Of a DNA stretch of 64,000 nucleotides, positions 58,259-64,000 are shown piece by piece. Below the pieces are notes generated by a model. That model was not told the origin of the DNA and made no database searches. It saw only the letters and a program-made list of their open reading frames with translations. The translations under genes and the position numbers were made by a program. The DNA comes from Patescibacteria group bacterium (GTDB lineage: Bacteria > Patescibacteriota > Minisyncoccia > Phycocordibacterales > PALSA-1337): contig JANLHG010000014.1 in assembly GCA_024654575.1 (NCBI GenBank), positions 88,745 to 152,744 on the forward strand. Direction: 5' to 3'. Numbering within the stretch: the first letter of the stretch is position 1; every line of letters starts with the position of its first letter.

Positions 58259-59218
58259 ATGAATATTAGTAAAGGAATAAACGGGGAGGATGGTGAATCC
58301 ATCAGTGCGTATATGAGAGACATATGCACTATCCCTTTATTAAAACAAACGGAAACAATTGAATTGTTTCAGGAGTTGGGTAAAGCCGACAATGATATTG
58401 TTTACAATGAAATAAGAAATAAAATCATTGAGCATAATTTGCGATTTGTTGTACCTATCGCAAAAAAATATGTTGGGTACGGACTGAGTTTCCTGGAACT
58501 AATTCAAGAAGGAAATCTCGGTCTGATGAGAGCGGTAGAACGTTTTAAACTCAGTAAGGGTTTTAAATTGACTACTTATGCTAGTTGGTGGATAAGACAA
58601 GGCATAACACGAGCTATTGCCAATAAATCAAGAACGATTCGTATTCCAATACATGCATTGGATCGCAGACGTCATTTGTTACGTATTATTGACGAACTTA
58701 TTGACGAGTTGAATCGCGAACCCTCGGTCGCTGAGATTGTAGCAACAACAGGAGAATCAGAGACATTTATCATACGATGTTTTAATCCTGTTGTGACGAC
58801 ATCTTTTGATGCCTCAGTATCATCTGATGGAGGAAAAGATACTACTGTAGGTGACCTCATAGCAGATGAACACGCAGTTGACCCATCAGGTGAAATTGAC
58901 CAAAAAATGCTTTCTTCAGCTTTTGAACAGGTTTTGAGTACACTTAAACCAAAAGAAGAGCAGGTGTTGAGAGACCGTTTTGGTTTTTCAGACGGTGGGC
59001 AAAAACTGACACTTGAAGAAATCGCTAAAAAAATGGAAGTGACTCGCGAAAGAATTCGCCAAATTGAAACCAAGGCGCTTCGCAAACTCAGGACACCGTC
59101 AAGACTCAAAATGTTACTCGGTGATTCTGGACTATCCCCATCTGATCTTAATGGTGATACATGGGAGGATACCAATGTAAGGTTTAAAAAACCTACTAAA
59201 CGCAATCGAAATTCATGA
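58259..59218 (+). CDS. RNA polymerase sigma-70 family factor (compact primary-like)
   Basis: Region 2 ([34 protein letters not shown]...YASWWIRQ) and region 4 ([29 protein letters not shown]). Confidence 0.85.
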   Translation: MNISKGINGEDGESISAYMRDICTIPLLKQTETIELFQELGKADNDIVYNEIRNKIIEHNLRFVVPIAKKYVGYGLSFLELIQEGNLGLMRAVERFKLSKGFKLTTYASWWIRQGITRAIANKSRTIRIPIHALDRRRHLLRIIDELIDELNREPSVAEIVATTGESETFIIRCFNPVVTTSFDASVSSDGGKDTTVGDLIADEHAVDPSGEIDQKMLSSAFEQVLSTLKPKEEQVLRDRFGFSDGGQKLTLEEIAKKMEVTRERIRQIETKALRKLRTPSRLKMLLGDSGLSPSDLNGDTWEDTNVRFKKPTKRNRNS

Positions 59219-59271
59219 GGACTACTTTAATCGGTGGTCCTCTTTTTATTTAGGGTATAATAAAATAATCT

Positions 59272-59715
59272 ATGACTTCAAAAGATATTAAAATATGTAT
59301 TGTCGGATTATTATTTTTGATTTTAATATTTTTAGGTATTTCAGATAAAATATCGCATACCCCTAAACTTTATTTTGAAGATGTAAAAGTTAATTTAATA
59401 ATTGCCGATACTGAAGATAAAAAAGAAAAAGGATTGGGAGGATTTGTGTCACTTCGTTCTGATAATGGAATGCTTTTTGTATTTTCGGAATTAGGTATCT
59501 ATTCGTTCTGGATGAAAGATATGCAATTTCCTATTGATATAATATGGCTTGATGAAAAATGTGTCATTACTCATATTGAAAATAATATAAGTCCAGAAAC
59601 ATATCCAACAGCATATTCATCTAATAGTAATTCGCTTTATGTACTAGAGATTGGTGCAGGATTTGTGAAGAAAAACAATCTTAAGGTAGGGGATACTTGT
59701 GTTTTACAAAAGTAG
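59272..59715 (+). CDS. DUF192-family membrane-anchored protein
   Basis: KGLGGFVSLRSDNGMLFVF...FWMKDMQFPIDIIWLDEKCVI. Confidence 0.5.
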   Translation: MTSKDIKICIVGLLFLILIFLGISDKISHTPKLYFEDVKVNLIIADTEDKKEKGLGGFVSLRSDNGMLFVFSELGIYSFWMKDMQFPIDIIWLDEKCVITHIENNISPETYPTAYSSNSNSLYVLEIGAGFVKKNNLKVGDTCVLQK

Positions 59716-59735
59716 ATAAATAGTATATAATATCG

Positions 59736-60192
59736 TTCTCTTTGTATCGGGTAGTTGCTCTTTGGCTAAATCAATTTTTAATTGATCGCTCAAGGGAGGA
59801 AAGTCCGAACACAACCTCATTTAGCTTTATGCAAAGTGGGGAGCAGAGTAGTGGGTAACACCCATCCAGAGCAATCTGCGAGGTGCGAACAGTGACGCTT
59901 TTTTTCGAAAGGAAAAAAGTATCCTACATTTGTAGGATAAATATCATGGTAACATGAGTGCTAAACCCAATGAGAATTTGTCTCATTGGGTCGCACGAAC
60001 ATTTTGCAGAGCAAAATGTTTTAGTGCAACGGCTAAATCCTTACTTTTGTGCAAGGCCGTGTCCGCCGTTAAGCCTGCCTGCGCAGGTAGGGCGGAAGTG
60101 CCGCTAGAGCCCGAGAGTAATCAAGGGCCCAGATAAATAGCTATCTCTGCCGTTGAGGCGGAACAGAATTCGGCTTATAGATATAAAGAGAA
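59736..60192 (+). ncRNA. rnpB: RNase P RNA (bacterial type), enlarged by extra hairpins
   Basis: P4 strands AGGGAGGAAAGTCCGAAC and ACAGAATTCGGCTTAT; P1 pairing TTCTCTTT/AAAGAGAA. A TATATAAT -10 lies at 59724-59731 and a terminator hairpin at 60199-60234. The internal ORF 59954..60136 is rejected. Confidence 0.85.
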
Positions 60193-60198
60193 TATGAT

Positions 60199-60234
60199 AA
60201 AGTCCCGAGCGAAAGCGAGGGACTTTGTCTTTAT
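60199..60234 (+). terminator. Rho-independent terminator after rnpB (AAGTCCC...GGGACTT + TGTCTTTAT)
   Basis: 7-bp stem with a 12-nt loop, followed by a T-rich tract. Confidence 0.55.
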
Positions 60235-60282
60235 AATGCTTTCATATTATAATTAATATAATTTAAATAAATAAATAAAAAG

Positions 60283-62592
60283 ATGAATAATCCAACAAAA
60301 TTTGATAGTTTAGCGTTTTATGTATTTTTGATTTTAGTTTTCGTTTTACCGTTTTTCTTTATTCCATCAACATCAGTGCCTTTTCAAAATACTAAAACAA
60401 TATTAGTCGTGATGAGTACATTAGTTATATTTTTTGCATGGATTATTTCTTTACTTAAAAATCCATCTTTTAAAGTTTACAAAACATCTCTTATACCGGT
60501 AGTACTAGCTCTTTCTGTTGTTGCGATTTTAGCTGGATTATTTTCAGGTAATTTTGCAAAATCTTTTATTGGGCAAGGTTTTGAAGTAGGAACAATGATA
60601 TTTATTACTGTACTAGTTTTGTTATTATTCATAACACCATACGTATTAAAAAATCGCGATAGAATATTATATGTCTACTTGGCTTTCATATCATCTTTTC
60701 TTCTTTTAGCATTTTTTCAGATTGGACGACTGGTTTTTGGTGAAAATTTTTTATCTTTCGGAATTTTTAATTCAGTGACGCAAAATCCCTTAGGTAATTG
60801 GAGTGAATTAGGAATATTTTTTGGATTATCGGCGATGTTATCTGTGATAACTCTTGAACTTCTTACTTTTACAAGAGGATTTAGAGTACTTTTGTATATA
60901 GCTTTAGCATTATCACTTTTCTTGTCAATAGTCGTTAATTTTAGCTCAATATGGTATGTGCTTGGAGTTTTTAGTATTGTATTTTTTGTTTATCTTATAT
61001 CCTTTTCGGTAAAAAAAGTTTCTTACATTTCTTTGGTTACTTTACTAGTATCTTTGGTACTTATATTTGGAGGTGATTCTGTGAGTGCTAAAATTAACGA
61101 CTATTTTAAAGTTCAGAATGTTGATGTTAGACCATCGTGGTCTGCTACGTTTAGTGTGGCTAAGAATACTTTAAAAGAAAATTCTCTTCTTGGTTCTGGT
61201 CCAAATAGGTTTGCAAATGAATGGTTAAAATGGAAGCCGACTGGATTAAATAATACTGTATTTTGGAATACAGATTTCAATTATGGCATTGGTTTAATTC
61301 CAACATTCTTAGTTACTCAGGGAGTGTTAGGTATGATAGCGTGGATTGTTTTTCTAGCTTTGTTTATATGGGTAGGTTTTAAATCTATTTTTAAGGTTAT
61401 TTCCGATTCGTTTTCACGTTATCTAATAATTTCGTCTTTCTTTGTTGCTCTTTATTTATGGATATTCTCTGTTATTTATATTCCTTCATCAGTACTCTTT
61501 ACTTTTGCTTTCATATTTACCGGAATCTTCATTGCTTCACTCGCGCATGAAGGATTTGTAAAAACCACAGATATTAAGCTTTTTGAAGAACCGAAAACAG
61601 GATTTATTTCTATTTTGAGTTTAATATTGGTTTTAATTCTTTCGGTTACGGTTGGATATGTGTCTCTCAGAAAGTATGTCGCAAGTATTTATTATAATTC
61701 TAGTTTGGTAGAGTTTAATAAAAATGCAGATTTGTCTTTGGTTTTATCTGGTATTAATAGTGCTGTAAAAATGAGTCCATCTGATTTATATTACAGGTCT
61801 CTTTCTGATATTGATATAGCAAGAATGAATGAATTATTGAATAAAAAAGATATATCAAATGAAGAAATGAGAACAGCTTTTCAAGATATTCTTGGTAATG
61901 CTATATCTAATGCAGAGCAGGCAATAACTATAGATTCTACCAATTACCAGAATTGGATGTCTTTAGGTCGTGTTTATGAGACGGTTTTACCGTTAGGTGT
62001 TTCTAGTGCGTATGAGAATGCTAATGTGGCTTATAGTCAGGCCTTGAATCTTAATCCACAGAGTCCAGCTTTACTTTTGATTTTAGCACGCCTTGATATT
62101 GCAAATAAAAAATTTGATACTGCAAAACAATATATAAGTAGAGCTCTTAATGCTAAAAATGATTATACAGAGGCAATTTTCCTTCTTGCTCAAATACAAG
62201 TTAATGAGGGAAATATTAAAGACGCTATCAGTTCTGTAGAAGCAGCCGCCTTTATTTCTCCAAACGATTCAGGGGTATTTTTTCAGTTAGGAGTACTTCG
62301 TTATAGTAATAAGGATTATAAGGGCGCTATAGACGCTTTGGGTAGAGCTGTTGCCTTAAACGATTCTTATTCAAATGCTCGATATTTCTTGGGACTCTCT
62401 TTTGCTCAGTTAGGAGATTATGCTGGAGCAGTTGATCAATTTAAGGTTATTGAAAAATTTAATCCAGATAATGAGGAAATAAAACTTATTTTGAAAAATT
62501 TATTAGCTGGTAAATCACCATTTACTAATGCAACTCCACCTGTAGATAGTAAGCCAGAAAAGCGTTCTACATTGCCGATAAAAGAAAAATAA
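60283..62592 (+). CDS. Polytopic membrane protein (O-antigen-ligase-like core) with C-terminal TPR repeats
   Basis: About 12 TM helices followed by a roughly 300-aa TPR-like region (AYSQALNLNP...ALNAKNDYTEAIFLLAQ...). Confidence 0.45.
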   Translation: MNNPTKFDSLAFYVFLILVFVLPFFFIPSTSVPFQNTKTILVVMSTLVIFFAWIISLLKNPSFKVYKTSLIPVVLALSVVAILAGLFSGNFAKSFIGQGFEVGTMIFITVLVLLLFITPYVLKNRDRILYVYLAFISSFLLLAFFQIGRLVFGENFLSFGIFNSVTQNPLGNWSELGIFFGLSAMLSVITLELLTFTRGFRVLLYIALALSLFLSIVVNFSSIWYVLGVFSIVFFVYLISFSVKKVSYISLVTLLVSLVLIFGGDSVSAKINDYFKVQNVDVRPSWSATFSVAKNTLKENSLLGSGPNRFANEWLKWKPTGLNNTVFWNTDFNYGIGLIPTFLVTQGVLGMIAWIVFLALFIWVGFKSIFKVISDSFSRYLIISSFFVALYLWIFSVIYIPSSVLFTFAFIFTGIFIASLAHEGFVKTTDIKLFEEPKTGFISILSLILVLILSVTVGYVSLRKYVASIYYNSSLVEFNKNADLSLVLSGINSAVKMSPSDLYYRSLSDIDIARMNELLNKKDISNEEMRTAFQDILGNAISNAEQAITIDSTNYQNWMSLGRVYETVLPLGVSSAYENANVAYSQALNLNPQSPALLLILARLDIANKKFDTAKQYISRALNAKNDYTEAIFLLAQIQVNEGNIKDAISSVEAAAFISPNDSGVFFQLGVLRYSNKDYKGAIDALGRAVALNDSYSNARYFLGLSFAQLGDYAGAVDQFKVIEKFNPDNEEIKLILKNLLAGKSPFTNATPPVDSKPEKRSTLPIKEK

Positions 62593-62611
62593 TTGTTGAA
62601 TAGTTTATGTT

Positions 62612-64000
62612 ATGGTAAAGACGATTTTTAGTTTTTTAAACAAAGAGGTACGTGGCTTACATGAAGCCGCATATCTTTTGGGTTTTTCAGCCATTCTTTC
62701 ACAGATTTTGGCTCTCGTTAGGGATAGGTTGTTAGCTTACTCTTTTGGAGCAGGACATGAACTTGATATTTATTATGCCGCTTTTAGAATTCCAGATTTA
62801 ATTTTTGTCTCTATCGGTTCTATTGTTTCCATTTCTGTTTTGGTACCGTTTCTTATTGAAAAAATAAATAAAAGTGAAAAAGAAGGTAAAAGTTTTATTG
62901 ATAGCACTTTTTCACTTTTTTTTATTCTTATAATCGTTGCCAGTGTTTTAGTTTACATTTTTATTCCATATTTAGCATCAAAAGTTTTTCCTGGATTTAT
63001 AGATAGTAAAACCCTTTCACATCTTATTTCTTTAAGTCGTATTCTTTTATTATCTCCAATTTTATTGGGTATTTCAAATTTTCTAGCAAGCATCACTCAA
63101 GTTCATAATAGATTTTTTATTTATGCTATAAGCCCACTTCTGTATAATGTTGGTATTATTTTTGGAATAATTTTTCTTTACCCTTTCTTTGGTTTACTGG
63201 GACTAGGGTGGGGAGTAGTCTTAGGGGCTTTAATGCACTTATTGATTCAAGTTCCATTTGCGATAAGTAAAGGATTATTTCCTCGTCTTAGTTTTAATAT
63301 TGACTTTGCTTCAATACGAAAAGTGATGACGTTATCATTACCTAGGACTCTTACCCTTTCATCAAATCAAATTGCCACTTTCTTTCTAATTGGTATGGCT
63401 TCAGTTATGACTGCTGGTTCTATTTCAATTTTTAGTTTTTCATTTAATCTTCAATCCGTACCTCTCTCTATTATTGGAGTTAGTTACGCTTCAGCAGTTT
63501 TTCCAGCATTAGCACGACTTTTTTCAAGTGGAAATAGAGATAAATTTATAGAACAAATGATTGTTTCGGCTCGTCACATTATTTTCTTATCAACGCCATT
63601 AATGGTTCTTTTTGTAGTTCTTAGAGCCCAAATCGTGCGAGTTATACTTGGTGCAGGTAATTTCAATTGGTCTGATACTCGTTTGACTGCTGCCGCTTTA
63701 GCAATCTTTAGCATATCGGTAGTTCCGCAGGGTTTACTGATGCTTTTTGTAAGGGCTTATTATTCAAAAGGTGATACTAAAAAACCGCTTGTCATCAACC
63801 TTGTTTCCTCAACACTTATTGTTGTATTAGGATATTATTTTATAACAATATTTAATAAATTTCCTACTTTTCACTACTTTACAGAAGAACTCTTCAAGGT
63901 TTCTGGACTTTCTGGTAGCGTAGTCTTAATGCTTCCATTAGCATATTCAATTGGCGTATTAGTAAATACTGCACTTCATTGGATAGCTTTTCATAAAGAG
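62612..64000 (+). CDS. murJ: Lipid II flippase MurJ (MviN), 5' partial; continues beyond the window
   Basis: LLGFSAILSQILALVRDRLLAYSFGAGHELDIYYAAFRIPDLIF matches the MurJ N-terminus; no stop codon before the window ends. Confidence 0.75.
   Translation, partial: MVKTIFSFLNKEVRGLHEAAYLLGFSAILSQILALVRDRLLAYSFGAGHELDIYYAAFRIPDLIFVSIGSIVSISVLVPFLIEKINKSEKEGKSFIDSTFSLFFILIIVASVLVYIFIPYLASKVFPGFIDSKTLSHLISLSRILLLSPILLGISNFLASITQVHNRFFIYAISPLLYNVGIIFGIIFLYPFFGLLGLGWGVVLGALMHLLIQVPFAISKGLFPRLSFNIDFASIRKVMTLSLPRTLTLSSNQIATFFLIGMASVMTAGSISIFSFSFNLQSVPLSIIGVSYASAVFPALARLFSSGNRDKFIEQMIVSARHIIFLSTPLMVLFVVLRAQIVRVILGAGNFNWSDTRLTAAALAIFSISVVPQGLLMLFVRAYYSKGDTKKPLVINLVSSTLIVVLGYYFITIFNKFPTFHYFTEELFKVSGLSGSVVLMLPLAYSIGVLVNTALHWIAFHKE

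Noticed and set aside
59954-60136. ORF-track CDS 59954..60136(+)
   Set aside because: It lies inside RNase P RNA; the rnpB P4 motifs flank it.

Overview
The window is low-GC (about 30-35%), with small genes, leaderless transcripts and split or fused housekeeping genes, so it most likely comes from a Patescibacteria/CPR-like bacterium. TGA is used as a stop codon: rnhA ends in TGA, overlapping the comEC ATG, so the genetic code is standard rather than code 25.

Housekeeping genes:
- A str-operon fragment (rpsL-rpsG-fusA), recJ, rnhA, and a ComEC split into two ORFs with an antisense Fe/Mn-SOD-like gene between them.
- rpmB, rpmF, folD, a nusB-NUDIX fusion, rnc, a short SMC-like ATPase, rnr, gatCA, prfB, ftsEX, an M16 peptidase, metG, tatD, rnj, secG, groESL, lemA/TPM, a sigma-70 factor, RNase P RNA, six tRNAs and the start of murJ.

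Accessory and unusual content:
1. Two large secreted proteins, one possibly CotH-like and one a 1382-aa metzincin-motif protein with a peptidoglycan-binding domain. They share a C-terminal module (helical segment, Pro/Thr-rich linker, identical 21-aa tail) that is near-identical at the DNA level. The second lies directly upstream of a MacAB-like MFP/ABC exporter.
2. A MazEF-type toxin-antitoxin pair with a perfect operator palindrome.
3. A high-GC foreign gene island.
4. An RNA-gene hotspot at about 36.2-39.9 kb. It holds two paralogous HTH + LAGLIDADG-like proteins, tRNA-Asp, a roughly 300-nt structured RNA with a tRNA-like CCA end that is a tmRNA candidate, tRNA-Met, two tRNA-Thr genes and an IS200/RAYT-like Y1 transposase. 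REP-like hairpins flank the transposase, and one copy sits in-frame inside its own gene.
5. A hairpin mini-repeat found both upstream of tRNA-Thr and inside rnpB.
6. A DUF559 (Vsr-like endonuclease fold) gene inside a terminal-inverted-repeat cassette between metG and tatD.
7. A GIY-YIG nuclease cassette next to tRNA-Ser, flanked by a 13-bp direct repeat of the tRNA 5' end, with an rnpB-5'-like fragment upstream.
8. A HIT-family gene with an in-frame TGA.

No CRISPR array, rRNA or reverse transcriptase was seen.
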